Shown: piece by piece, positions 12,892 through 25,772 of the stretch
Layout of the letters: each line of letters begins with the position of its first letter
Position numbering within the stretch: the first letter of the stretch is position 1
Assembly (NCBI GenBank): GCA_951406725.2
Contig: OX597833.1
Span: forward strand, 42,408,001 to 42,472,000
Length of the DNA stretch: 64,000 bases
Direction: 5' to 3'
Source of the DNA: Octopus vulgaris
Taxonomy: Eukaryota
Notes under the pieces: generated by a model
Database searches by the model: none
The model's input: the letters and a program-made list of their open reading frames with translations, nothing else
What the model was told of the DNA's origin: nothing
Program-made: the position numbers and the translations under genes

Positions 12892-14258
12892 CACACACAT
12901 ACACAATAGCTGTAGTTTGAAATATAAAGTGAGTAAAAAGAGGAAGGCATGTGGAGTTAACAAGGCTTGATTTAAGCGGTTTTTGTTTATACTCTATGAT
13001 CCAATCAGTGGATTTATGTGATGAAAAAATAATTCTTCTATGTCACTTACCTAAGCTAGGAGATCAGATATGTCAAGTGTGGCTGTGTTGGAATGCTACT
13101 GATAGTTCTGGTGGTAGTAATTGTACTAATCTCCCTCCCACTCCCTCTCGCTTCTTAATTATGAAATAGTGGTAATCAGTAGTTTGGTAGGTGTTGCTTT
13201 AGGTTGAACGTATTTAGTTGAAAAAATGGAGAAGGATGGATAATATCGAACGCTGAAACCGGAATATCGGCAGCAATAGCGCAATGCCACAAAGTTGGAG
13301 ATGGTGGTAGGAGTGAAGAAAAGTGTAGTCGATTAAATCGAGTCTAATGCTTCATTGATACTTTGTTTTATAGGTGTTGGGATATTCTTTTGATATGTGT
13401 CCAGAGAGTGTTGGTATGAAGAGACGAAATCATCCATTCTCTATTTCAGCCTAGCCTCTTTAATCTATGTCATGAGGGAAGGTTGCGTGGGTGAATGACG
13501 TCGTTTATCAATATCGAAGGATTGCCGGTATCGAGAGATAAAGACGAATGACAAAGCTACCCTTGGTGGGATTTCAACTCAGAGAGAAAAGGACCGTAAA
13601 TATACACACCAGTTGTAATGATTTTCTTAGGCGTTCCAGTTTGATGAGGAACAGAGGAAGGAAAGGTGGAAAATTGGTTGAAATAAACTACACAAGCAAC
13701 GCCAACAGTCAAATAGAGAGGGTGAGAGAGAGAGAAAGAAAGAAAGAGAGAGAGAGAGAGAGGAAGGGATCTGAGACCCTTTCCTCTCTTTCTACACTTC
13801 ATGCTATTGTCACGGGTGCTATCTGGTCGTATGGTTATGAGAGCTGGTTATTAGATGAGCCGTCATTGAGTTGGCGAATGAGAATATGTTTCTTGATTGC
13901 ATGAAGATATAACTGAAAAACACCCGCAAACAATTAAGAGAAGTATTTCTTGTCGCATATGAAGACAATCTGCTTTGACCATTTATAGTTAACAACAGCA
14001 ATAAATAAAGACTTGTAGAGAGATACTGATCTGAAATGACAGAATGCTATTGGTATGGCAATATACAGTTGGCCCAACATATCAATTGTGCTACCTTCGT
14101 GGCGACGGAGGTTCTTGGTCATCTCTCTTAGGCCGTCTGCTTAATGTCTGGAACCATCAGTAGAGGCGCATATCGTTCAGATGCCGGCCGCTGTCAATGC
14201 TCTGCGAAGAATTTATGCACTAAAAGGGCTTCTTTTTATAGGGTACAAGAAGAATATT

Positions 14259-14857
14259 ATTTATTTCTTTACTGCCCACAAGGGGCTACACACAGAGGGG
14301 ACAAACATGGACAGACAAACGGATTAAGTCGATTACATCGTCCCCAGTGCGTAACTGGTACTTATTTAATCGACCCCGAAAGGATGAAAGGCAAAGTCGA
14401 CCTCAGCGGAATTTGAACTCAGAACGTAGCGGCAGACGAAATACCTATTCCTTTACTACCCACAAGGGACTAAACGCAGAGAGGACAAACAAGGACAGAC
14501 AAACGGATTAAGTCGATTATATCGACTCCAGTGCGTAGCTGGTACTTATTTAATCGACCCCGAAAGGATGAAAGGCAAGGTCGACCTCGGCGGAATTTGA
14601 ACTCAGAACGTAGCGGCAGTCGAAATACCTATTTCTTTATTACCCACAAGGGGCTAAACACAGAGGGGACAAACAAGGACAGACATAGGTATTAAGTCGA
14701 TTACATCGATCCCAGTGCATAACTGGTACTTAATTTATCGACCCCGAAAGAATGAAAAGCAAAGTCGACCTCGGCGGAATTTGAACTCACAACGTAACGG
14801 CAGACGAAATACCGCTAAGCATTTCGCCCGGCGTGCTAACGTTTCTGCCGGCTCGCC
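14259..14857 (-). mobile_element. SINE family A head-to-tail trimer
   Basis: Three units joined at aaagaaata|ggtatttcg; flanked by an 85 bp direct repeat. Confidence 0.92.
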
Positions 14858-14954
14858 GTTCAGCTGCCGGCCGCTGTTATCGCTCTACGAAGAATTTATG
14901 CACTAAAAGGGTTTCTTTTTATAGGGTACAAGAAGAATATTCTTGAAGATTGAA

Positions 14955-15004
14955 TCACGTGATAGCTTCACGCTGATTGGTTGCTTAATAGACTGATCAC
15001 GTGA
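14955..15004. promoter_or_regulatory. Two TCACGTGA E-boxes flanking an inverted CCAAT box
   Basis: tcacgtga 14955-14962, attgg 14976-14980, tcacgtga 14997-15004. Confidence 0.3.
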
Positions 15005-15745
15005 AACTATTGTCGTTCGCTGATGGGTCTGACCGGTTATCTAGCAGTTGGGGTTTCGAATCACTGCTGCACTGTTTATAATAATCAGTCTCAGCTGTCT
15101 GTTTCTCTATTCAAGCACTGACAGGACCCATTAAAGAAATATCATTAATACAACGCTGATCAAGCATACCACCCACATCACTACAAAATAACAACAAACA
15201 AAACCTGACCACATACCGTGTAAAATTACCGTATTAGATTAACTATAAAAGCACACCGGCTTTTAAGACGCATTTCCGTTTTGGTTGAGCTCTTAAGAGA
15301 ACCACTTGCCAGTAACAAAAATCCTGACCTAAATTTCTGAGATATCATTTATTTTTTAACTTGTTTCAGTCATTGAATTGCGGCCATAATGGAGCATCGC
15401 CTTGAAAATTGTTTTTTTTTAGTCAAACAAATCGACCCCGGTACATATTTTTGTTTGTCACGTATTTCAACTGCTAAAGGGAAATACACTGCAGTTACCA
15501 TGGAAAAAATATCTCTCTTATGGTAAAAAGGTATGAAAACACCCAGTTTGTTCAGTGTCGCCCCTCTCTCGGGGATCTCAGACATCGATGTTTCGAGTTT
15601 ATTGACTCTTGTCGATGAGATGTATCTAAGAGATGATTCTTTATTACGATAATTATATATCACACATTGATGGGACAACGCAGGACATCACAAACAAATA
15701 GTGCGCTTATGAGTTCTTTTTAAAGTTGTTCTAAAAATACGATGA

Positions 15746-16497
15746 TACTCTTACTCTTTTACTTGTTTCAGTCATTTGACTGCGGCCATGCTGGAGCATC
15801 GCCTTTAGTCGAGCAAATCGACCCCGGGACTTATTCTTTGTAATCCCAGTACTTATTCTATCGATCTCTTTTGCCGAACCGCTAAGTGACGGGGGTGAGG
15901 GCGCGTGGCTTAGTGGTTAGGGCATTCGGCTCATGATCGTAAGGTTGTGAGTTCGATTCCCGGCGACGCGTTGTGTCCTTGAGCAAGACACTTTATTTCA
16001 CGTTGCTCCAGTCCACTCAGCTGGCAAAAATGAGTTGTACTTGTATTTCAAAGGGTCAGCCTTGTCACTCTCTGTGTCACGCTGATTATCCTCGAGAACT
16101 ACGTTAAGGGTACACGTGTCTGTGGAATGCTCAGCCATTTGCACGTTAATTTCACGAGCAAGCTGTTCCGTTGATTGTATCAGCTGGGACCCTCGTCGTC
16201 GTAACCGGCGGAGTCTTTTTTTTAAAAAGTGACGGGGACGTAAACACACCAGCATCGGTTGTCAAGCAATGCTAGGGGGACAAACACAGACACACAAACA
16301 TATACATACACACTTATATATATATATATATACATATATACGACAGGCTTCTTTCAGTTTCCGTCTACCAAATCCACTCACAAGGCATTGGTCGGCCCGG
16401 GGCTATAGCAGAAGACACTTGCCCAAGCTGCGACGCAGGGGGACTGAACCCGGAACCATGTGGTTGGTTAGCAAGCTACTTACCACACAGCCACACC
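15746..16497 (-). mobile_element. SINE family B (tRNA head, CORE-like block, internal microsatellite, agtaaaag tail) interrupted by a nested SINE
   Basis: Head gtggctgtgtggtaagtagc...ggttcagtccc; tail gactgaaacaagtaaaagagta; many copies in the window. Confidence 0.9.
15895..16226 (+). mobile_element. Full-length tRNA-SINE family C
   Basis: A box tggcttagtgg, B box gttcgattcc, tgtgtccttgagcaagacactt core, T-run end; TSD aagtgacgggg at 15884-15894 and 16227-16237. Confidence 0.92.
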
Positions 16498-17121
16498 TGA
16501 TGAAAGTTATATTTTTAAAATTTACATGTTTTACAAGTTTTTTCTTGGCCATGAAGCCCAACAGCAACACCATACTTTTCTACCATGGATGAGATTAAGT
16601 AGGGTCATTCATACCCAACTTCCTTGCCACATCCTTCCATCTTTACAAACGAAAGTCTCTGCACATAACAGAAAGAGAATCAGAGAAACTGTAAACAAAA
16701 TCCTTTTTTTACTATCCTCATTTCTCTCTTGTTTTTCCCTCTTAACTCAGTATGATCGAAACATTGATGATCTACATTTCATATCGATTACTACTAACAC
16801 TAATGAATTTTGTGCATTTAAACAAGATGATCCACATTTTTTACATTATTGAATGTTATGAACATTTAAATCATATTTCATATTATTGAAACTTGTATGC
16901 ATTGAAATTTTTCAACATGTTTTTCTAATTCATAATTAAAAATTTTTACCGTTGATAAACAAAAAATATTGTTGAAACTAGTTTGGTATTTATGTAAATA
17001 GATTTATTTAAAAGCAATTACAAGTTTTTCAAATTTAGGTGGATTTTTGACTACAAATTTGCCTATAGTTTTCCTGCGTAGAAACACACCCCCTCTTTTG
17101 TTTCATATATATATATATATA

Positions 17122-17658
17122 CGAGCAAAACGCCCCCGTCCAATGGACAGTGCTAAGTTGTCAAACATTTAAACCAAATTTTCTCAAAACAACTTGTCCT
17201 CCCCTTTGAGAAATACTGATTTAATCTAAATTTGAGTCACCAGCAAAAGAAGAAATAAAGATAGACTTTTTTCTATTCCGAAGAAAAACAATTTTATTCA
17301 CACAAATATGCAACTGAAGAGTTTAAAGTACTAGTAATGATAAGGCTGTTGACTGGGAGAACACAAACATGGTTTAAACAGTAAGCTTGGCAGGAAAGAA
17401 AAGTGCCTTTAAGCAGTACAAAAGCAACAAAAAATGGATGGTGCAGTTATGTACAGGCTGACAGAAGAAAAGCAGGACAAAAACGGGTTTATCGATCGCA
17501 TTCTCACCTAGAATCGATTTTTGTAATTTTTTCAAGACTTATACACGCCCTGATACCGTCGGTATCTACATATCAAATTTGAGAGCAATCGGATGGAGGA
17601 TGCCCATGATCCGAGAAGACACACATAGAGACAGACAGAACGGATTTTATATAATAGA
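17122..17658 (-). mobile_element. Non-autonomous Helitron
   Basis: Minus 5' TCtattatataaaatccgttctgtctgtc; 3' hairpin gtccattggac followed by ctcgt; shared with 19201-19756 and 24212-24525. Confidence 0.8.
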
Positions 17659-17701
<43 letters not shown>

Positions 17702-17986
17702 GTAAATATAAGAGAGTTACCATTAAGTGTTCAGCATTAATCTATCCTTACGTTGAAGGTAATGTTATTTCTTTGGGGAAAAAACTTCGGTGGCTATACC
17801 AGAATAAGGAGCTATTTCTAGCACTAGAGTTAACCACTTAACGGTAACTCTCTTATATTTACGTATAAATTTGTATCGTCTCCCTGGTTTTTATGTGCTA
17901 GGCCACTTGGTGTTAAACTGATGGTATTATTAAATTAATATCTAATTTTTCATCCTCATTTATGAATGTATATATATATGAATAAT

Positions 17987-17995
17987 ATCTATCTG

Positions 17996-18089
<94 letters not shown>
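17987..18089. repeat. (TATC)n microsatellite
   Basis: Read directly. Confidence 0.95.
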
Positions 18090-18092
<3 letters not shown>

Positions 18093-18249
18093 AAAACAAA
18101 TGTTTTCATTTAAGATTACATCTGAGAATCTATTAAGGAATGAATTGTGGTTGCGAAGGATGGTAAGTGGTTCCCTTAAACATAGTTTGTTAACTGCATA
18201 TCATTTGCCCATTTTGCGAAATCCATGTGATTCCCTAATTACAATTAAC

Positions 18250-19175
18250 CTCATTACAATTAACCTTAGCTACAACTTAATCACACTAGTAACATAAACC
18301 GTCGATTAAATATTCCATCTTAACATTTTCTTTGCTAATTTCCTCCTACCCAACACATTCCCCCTTTGCTTCACCCCTATCCGCATTCTTTGAACTCCCC
18401 CCTCCATTACCATCTTGCTTCTCCAATTAAAATTGCTTACCACTGACAAATGCCACCTCTACTACCTATACATCCATACCTCTCTCTATCTACCAACCTA
18501 CCCCTATTTACTTTAATACACTTCTACATACCTGAGTACTCACGCTCCACCGCCGACCCACCTTCATTCTAGAAATTCCCCCTTTGCCACCCCACTAGAA
18601 TATAATTGCCACCCCCCCTTACTTGATATTAACCCACCTCCTTTTCTCTCACTATCTCAACTTGCCTTTAGTTACATTGCCTACTACCCTAAATTTTTTA
18701 CATCTATTCATAAACCCCGCAGCATTGGCTACCCTTCGAATACCACTTACAACACTTCTTGTTCATCTCCCAATTCTCCATTTCTACTACAAATACTAAC
18801 TCTCTTTGTACCCTTCCATCATCTTAATCTGACTTTCTGACTTCCTCTCCCTTTCCTTGCTCCAACATTTCACATAATCCCATCCAGTCACCTACCTCCT
18901 CTTGCCACTAACACTTCCTTGCCTATTACTACACCTGTTCTACCTTTAAATTTCCCTGTATAATGATGTGATACATTAAACTTTTATCTATGTACCCTGA
19001 TGAAGGAGGCACTGGATTTTACCAGTGTTTGTTTGCTCCCTGCAAATTTTTTAACTACATTTTCCAACGTCACGAAGTAACTCCGAGCCCTGAGGAACAG
19101 CTGTTGGACTTGTAACGCCTTTTCTCTTCTAATTCTTCGAGTCTATATAATTTGAGTAAGTTTACTCTATTAAAT
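18250..19175 (+). mobile_element. C/T-rich PLE-like 3' region ending in (TA)n, with a degenerate hammerhead
   Basis: Strong strand bias; ccCTGATGA at 18997 and ggaaCAGCTGtt at 19094-19105. Confidence 0.45.
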
Positions 19176-19200
19176 ATATATATATATATATATATATATA

Positions 19201-19749
19201 CGAGCAAAACGACCCCCCCCCCGTCCAATGGACGGTGCTGAATCGTATCTGCTGAATAAAAAGCAATCAATGTTTTCTTTTCATTAAAAAATAATTAAGC
19301 ATGCCTTTATTTCAATAAAATTTTGGGTTTTGTTAAACGAAGTTAAGGCAAAAAAAAAAAAAAAAAACTTCTTGAGAAACCAAATAGTCTTTCCTTCCTT
19401 TAAGCCAAGTTTGAAGAAAATATCTCTTTTGCATCTTACTTTTTTGGTCTCTTAAATATACTGCATATTTTATGGCATTATTTCAAGCCAGCCGGCGTTT
19501 TTTTTTGCTCAAACTGCACGTGCATTTTGATAGCGTACGTGTAGTATCGATTGCAACAGCTGATGTACTTGCGCATACAAATGCACGTTCCCACGGCTTT
19601 ATCAATCGCATTCTCACCTGGAATCGATTTTTGTAATCTTTTCAAGACTTATACACGCCCTAATACCGTCGGTATCTACATATCAAATTTGAGCGCAATC
19701 GGATGGAGGATGCCCGAGATCCTAGAAGACACACAGACAGACAAAACGG

Positions 19750-19756
<7 letters not shown>
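19201..19756 (-). mobile_element. Non-autonomous Helitron (family of 17122)
   Basis: Shared 5' block; 3' hairpin ccgtccattggacgg. Confidence 0.8.
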
Positions 19757-19803
<47 letters not shown>

Positions 19804-19863
19804 TATATAGTCGGCATAATTGTTCGCTAACTCAACAAGTATTTTTAATTCTACCCCATATTA

Positions 19864-19982
19864 CGGCTCGAAACGTAAAAGACTTTCTCACTTTTCCGAG
19901 CGTCAAACTAATACAACTGGTTATTTGTTGTTCATACACCTGTCTTCGTCTTTTGTTTTTCTGTAAATTTCAACAGAACTAT
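19864..19982 (+). mobile_element. PLE pseudo-LTR fragment starting inside a hammerhead 3' half
   Basis: ggctcGAAACGTAaaagac...; second copy at 61717-61828; resembles 55791-55860. Confidence 0.55.
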
Positions 19983-20081
19983 GTGGTTGGGAAGCAAGCT
20001 TCTTACCACGCAACCACTCTTGCACCTATATAGTTTGTACATTTAAACTCAAGGTCTCTCTCCCTCTCTCTCCTCCTCTCT

Positions 20082-20171
<90 letters not shown>

Positions 20172-20407
20172 TAATAAATAAATAAAACATATGCATATAT
20201 ACATACATACATGTATATATACATGCATATATGGGTACAAGACACCAAAAAAAAAAACGTCGAACACAATGAGAAACGAAAACATAAACACAAAACCAAG
20301 GAAATAAACATTTTTTTAAACAACGAAAAAATAGAGTACAGGACATACAAAAAAAAGGAAAATTCCCCTTCTTCAGTCGCCTTAATTTCATCTACTCCAC
20401 GTATATA

Positions 20408-20811
20408 TACTCTTTTACTCTTTTACTCTATTACTTGTTTCAGTCATTTGACTGCGGCCATGCTGGAGCACCGCCTTTAGTCGAGCAAATCGACCCCGAG
20501 ACTTATTCTTTGTAAGCCCAGTACTTATTTTATCGGTCTCTTTTGCCGAACCGCTAAGTTACGGGGACGTAAACACACCAGCATCGGTTGTCAAGCAATG
20601 CTAGGGGGACAAACACAGACACAGAAAACACACACACATATATATATATATACATATACGACAGGCTTCTTTTAGTTTCCGTCTACCAAATCCACTCACA
20701 AGGCATTGGTCGGCCCGGGGCTATAGCAGAAGACACTTGCCCAAGATGCCACGCAGTGGGACTGAACCCGGAACCATGTGGTTGGTTAGCAAGCTACTTA
20801 CCACACAGCCA
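20408..20811 (-). mobile_element. SINE family B, near full length
   Basis: Uninterrupted version of 15746-16497. Confidence 0.92.
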
Positions 20812-21188
20812 TATATTGTATTTCTGGTAATATTGTGATTACTCGAGATAATTACGTCTCCTAACTGCAATTTAAAATGCAGTGATGTTACTGCTGCCTG
20901 CATGAGAATTGTTATAGCAGCAGTGTTTCAATCGATCTCTAACGAAACACCTGTATTAGAATGAAAGTATAGACAAACTAACAACTAGTAACTGGTCCTA
21001 TTGGAACAATTACATGTTTATATATCTATACAACTTGGATGTAGAAAAAATGCTGCAGGAGTTTAAATGACAAGAAATCAATAACGGGCTCGGTTGAGAA
21101 ATATTCATAATGGCGTGATATATATGCTAATATATTCCCAGAATCGTTATAAGTTCAGTCCGTGTTATTGATATTAGATAGGTAAGTT

Positions 21189-21571
21189 ATCTCTCTCTAT
21201 ATAAACGGCAGTTTGTCTGTGCGTGTTTCTGTGTGTCTGTTTGCTTGTACCCTCACCCTGACCACGGCTTTCAACCGATTCTGATGAAACTTGACACACA
21301 CATAGCCCAATGTCATAATTCAAAACTAACGCAGAGAAAATTTTGAAAAGTTCCCCCAGTTCTGAAAAAAATCGATAAATTCGACATGGGGTCAAGAATC
21401 AGAAACACAAACCGCAAACTGTCTAGGGGACGCAACTCCACCTTTTTTACTCTCAAAAAAAATTTACCATCATTTTTTTCCATTTTTTTGCTATTTTTTG
21501 GCTATAACTCTCTAAAAATGCTTTATAGTTATTTCCCTTACAAACCTGAGCAACGCCGGGCGATACTGTTA
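21189..21571 (+). mobile_element. Non-autonomous Helitron
   Basis: 5' tctctctctatataaacggcagtttgtctgt; 3' hairpin cc(t)gagcaacgccggg followed by cgatactg. Confidence 0.8.
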
Positions 21572-21594
21572 TCATCGTTAAAATCTTATTTTTT

Positions 21595-21812
21595 TACTTG
21601 TTTCAGTCACTTGGCTGCGGCCATACTGGGGCCCAGCCTTGAAGAAATTTTAGTCGAATGTATCGACCCCAGTACTTACATTTTTTGAAGCCTGGTACTT
21701 ATCCTATCGGTCTGTTTTGTCGAGCCGCTAAGTTACGGGGACGTGAACACACCAGCACCAGTTGCCGAGTGATGGCGGTAGTGATGGGGGAAAACACAGA
21801 CACAAAGATACG

Positions 21813-21863
<51 letters not shown>

Positions 21864-22480
21864 CCATCCGAAAACAGAGGGTTACCCACTTGCAAACAAA
21901 TGTGGTAACATAACAATATTGACCAAGGTTACCGTGGTCTTTTTCGTAGGCTTTTCTTTCCACGGATAAACCTTACTTGCTTTCCCCTTTACACCATACA
22001 TCATGACACTGTAATACACGATCCCTATTGATCGTTTTTTTTTCCTCTTCCCCTTTTTTCCTCTTTTTTCTTCTTTTTTCATTTCTCTTTTCTTATGTTC
22101 CTTTTCCTTTTCTTTTTTTTCTTTTTATTCTTTTTATTTTTTATTTTATTTATTTTATTTTATTTTATTTTATTTTTTTTTGTTCTTTTCTTCCCTTTTA
22201 CGATCCCTCTTGATCGAAAACCTACGCCACCCCCCTTTTTTTTCTTTTGTATTTTGTTTTTTTCATCCCCCAAAAGAAAAGCTCTACCTTGTAACTTGTC
22301 CCATCTGTGTGCAGCCCTGTGTGACCAATAAAGAAACTTATCTATCTATCTACGACGTGCTTGTTTCAGTTTCCGTCTACCAAATCCACTCACAAGGCTT
22401 TGGTCGGCCCGAGGCTACAGTAGAAGACACTTGCCCAATGTGCCACACAGTAGCACCGAACCCAAAATCACGCCTGCGCC
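21595..22480 (-). mobile_element. SINE family B split by an insertion in its internal microsatellite
   Basis: Tail at 21595-21860, head at 22352-22480. Confidence 0.8.
21870..22337 (+). mobile_element. Probable LINE 3' UTR whose terminus matches the SINE-A tail
   Basis: T-rich body ending ttgtcccatctgtgtgcagccctgtgtgaccaataaagaaa. Confidence 0.6.
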
Positions 22481-22691
22481 TATACCGAAGGAAGTTTAAG
22501 AAATTAGCGACAATATTATATTAGTAACACCGACTTACCACAAAAAGATTCCGGGAATATATATACGTGTATCACAACCATTATGAACGTTGCTCAATCG
22601 ATCGTTTATTGATCTCTCGTGATTTAAACTCCTTAAATATTTCTTTTAAACGTTGATTTTAATAAATAGAGGCACTTTATTTGCTAATATA

Positions 22692-22886
22692 GGCGCAGAA
22701 GTGGCTGTGTGGTAAGTAGCTTGCTTACGAACCACATGGCTCCGGGTTCAGTCCCACTGCGCGGTACCTTGGGCATGTGTCTTCTACTATAGCCTCGGGC
22801 CGACCAAAGCCTTGTGAGTGGATTTGGTAGACGGAAACTAAAAGAAGCCCGTCGTATATATGTATATATGTGTGTGTCTGTGTGTG

Positions 22887-22966
<80 letters not shown>

Positions 22967-23178
22967 TGTGTCTGTGTTTGTCTCCCCCCCAACATTACTT
23001 GACAACCGATGCCGGTGTGTTTACGTCCCCGTAACTCAGCGGTTTGGTAAAAAGTGACCGATAGAATAAGTACTAGGCTTACAAAGAATAAGTCCCGGGG
23101 CCGATTTGCTCGACTAAAGGCGGTGCTCCAGTATGGCCACGGTCAAATGACTGAAACAAGTAAAAGTGTAAAGAGTAT
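22692..23178 (+). mobile_element. SINE family B, full length with expanded (TG)n
   Basis: ggcgcagaagtggctgtgtgg head through the aagtaaaagtgtaaagagta tail. Confidence 0.92.
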
Positions 23179-23225
23179 ACACTTTAAAAAGATGAAAAAA
23201 GGAAAAGAGAAAATGGAGAGAAAAA

Positions 23226-23406
23226 CTGGTGAGTAGCCACCCCACCTCGGGGGGCTCATTTTTCCGATGGGCCACCGCTATCCATGTTTTGCAGAGGAAA
23301 CCGGTAGTACGGTGTCCTAGAACCCTTGACATCTCGACGGCAACCGGCACAAACTGAGAGCGGCCGGACAGGCTCCTGTACTTAATGATTTTCCTCTCCT
23401 CCGCGT
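23226..23406 (-). pseudogene. CRE-like non-LTR retrotransposon endonuclease fragment
   Basis: AEERKIIKYRSLSGRSQFVPVAVE..VLG.RT.GFL...E..E.GWL fits the AE..K..KY..L...F.P.AVE restriction-like endonuclease motif. Confidence 0.7.
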
Positions 23407-23483
23407 TGAATATATAAATATGTAAATGCCATAATATGACCAGTTATCAGTTGTTTGCCTGTCTATACTTCATTTTGCCAAAA

Positions 23484-23899
23484 GGCGGCGGGCTGGCAGA
23501 AACGTTAGCACTCCGGGCGAAATGCTTAGCAGTATTTCGTCTGGCGCTACGTTCTGAGTTCAAATTCCGCCGAGGTTGACTTTGCCTTTCATCCTTTCGG
23601 GGTCGATAAATTAAGTACCAGTTACGCACTGGGATCGATGTAATCGACTTAATACCTATGTCTGTCATTGTTTGTCCCCTCTCTATGTTTAGCCCCTTGT
23701 GGGTAATAAAGAAATAGGTATTTCGTCTGTCGTTACGTTCTGAGTTCAAATTCCGCCGAGGTCGATTTTGCCTTTCATCCTTTCGGGGTCGATAAATAAA
23801 GTACCAGTTTCGCACTGAGATCCGATATAATCGGCTTAATCCGTTTGTCTGTCCTTGTTTGTCCCCTCTGTGTTTAGCCCCTTGTGGGCAATAAAGAAA
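23484..23899 (+). mobile_element. SINE family A dimer
   Basis: TSD tctatacttcattttgcca at 23462-23480 and 23900-23918. Confidence 0.92.
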
Positions 23900-24211
23900 T
23901 CTATACTTCATTTTGCCATAAATATCTACGCATGTGTATCTTTTATCTTTTATGTCTTACTTGTTCCAGTTCATTAGACTGCAGCCATGCTGGGGCATCA
24001 ACTTAAGAATATTTAGTCGAATGAATCGATCCCGGTATTTGATTAAAAAACCCCAAAAAAACTTGGTACTTATACTATCGGTCCGTTTTACTGAACAGCT
24101 ATGTTACGAGGACGTAGACACACAAACAGCGGTTGTCAAGCAATGGTGGGGAACAGTCGCAAAGATACACACACATTTTTGAGGAAAAGCAACAACCTCG
24201 GGAACTAAGTA

Positions 24212-24521
24212 ACTAGTTTTAAGCTAACTTACTTTACTGGATGTTTGTGGCATTATTTCAAGCCAGCCGGCTTTTTTTGCGCAAACTGCACGTGCATTTT
24301 TCTCGCGTACGCGTAGTATCGATCGCAAACGCTGATGTACTTGCGCGTACAAATGCACGTTCCCACGGCTTTATCAATCGCATTCTCACCTGGAATCGAT
24401 TTTTGTAATTTTTTCAAGACTTATACACACCCTGATACCGTTGGTATTTACATATCAAATTTGAGCGCAATCGAATGGACGATGCCCGAGATCCTAGAAG
24501 ACACACACACAGACAGAACGG

Positions 24522-24525
<4 letters not shown>
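24212..24525 (-). mobile_element. Non-autonomous Helitron (family of 17122)
   Basis: Matches 19473-19756. Confidence 0.8.
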
Positions 24526-24575
<50 letters not shown>

Positions 24576-24585
24576 CATACATACA

Positions 24586-24673
<88 letters not shown>

Positions 24674-24880
24674 AAAAAGGAGATGTGGAACACGAGTTGT
24701 GATATATAAAAAAAGGAAATGAAGAAAATGCTGACAAAATAATTTAAGTAAGGAGAGTGTATATATATATATATAACGGATAATGCATATATTGGAAGTC
24801 GAAGATGATGATGTTGGTTGCCATGAAAGAAAGAAGACATGAGCCGAAGTTGTAGATAACATTTATTTCTTCATTTACAC

Positions 24881-25668
24881 GTAATTAAAATCAAACCACG
24901 ACGAGCAAACCTGTATAAAAACAGTCGGATAGCATTCGAGGTAACGAGAGTTATATTTTTTTTGTACAAGGGTATATTGCATTGGTCTTAGTTATTCTCT
25001 GTCGTTCTAGTATCATCCGTAACTAAACAGACCAAGTGGATGTTGTCGAAACGAAAGTGAGTGAGTGAAAAAGTAAGAGAGGGGTGGGCCGGACAATTGT
25101 ATTGTTGGTGAATTCCATAGCTGTCCTTCTATGACATTCTGTCGAGACAGTATTTCAAAGCAGTCGGCCTGCTCTCTATCTGTTGCTTCTCCAAATGATT
25201 GTATTTACAACAAACATACACAACAACTATACAGGTGTGCATACCGTTGCGAACAAGAGGTGGGTCGAAGTAGGTCAACTGTAATTAAAATCAAATCACG
25301 ACGGGCATGCGTGTATAAAAACAGTCGGATAGCATTCGAGGTAACGAGAGTTATATCTCCTTGTAAAAGGGTATATAGCATTGATCTTAGTTATTCTCTG
25401 TCGTTCTAGTTCTAGCCTCCGTAACTAAATAGATCAAGAGATGTTGTCGAAACGAAAGCGAGTGGGTGAAAAAGAGAGGGGTAGGCAGAACAGTTGTATC
25501 GCCGGTGAATTCCATAGGTGTCCCTCTATGACATTCTGTCGAGACAGGTTTTCGAACCAGTCGGCCTGCTCTCCGTCTGTTGTCTCTCCAAATGATTGTA
25601 TTTATAACAATATACACAACAACTATACAGTTGCCATACTGTTGCGAACATAAGGTGGGTCGAAGTAG
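24881..25668. repeat. Diverged 400 bp tandem duplication upstream of the Helitron helicase
   Basis: gtaattaaaatcaaa.cacgacg...acagtcggatagcattcgaggtaacgagag at 24881 and 25281. Confidence 0.85.
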
Positions 25669-25772
25669 GCCATCTTTTATCATCCGTGAACTTTCTATGC
25701 TAGTCATAGTTCTCATGTCAAAAGGGAAATACATTAATCATGGTTTCTTTATTGGCTAACCGCATGGTTCCC

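Noticed and set aside
15897-15970. tRNA-like sequence (also at 52171 and the SINE-A/B heads)
   Set aside because: A/B boxes continue into a SINE body with a TSD; no complete cloverleaf
16525-16665. RWKDVARKLGM, resembling a death or ARID domain (minus strand)
   Set aside because: Flanked by in-frame stops; too short to support
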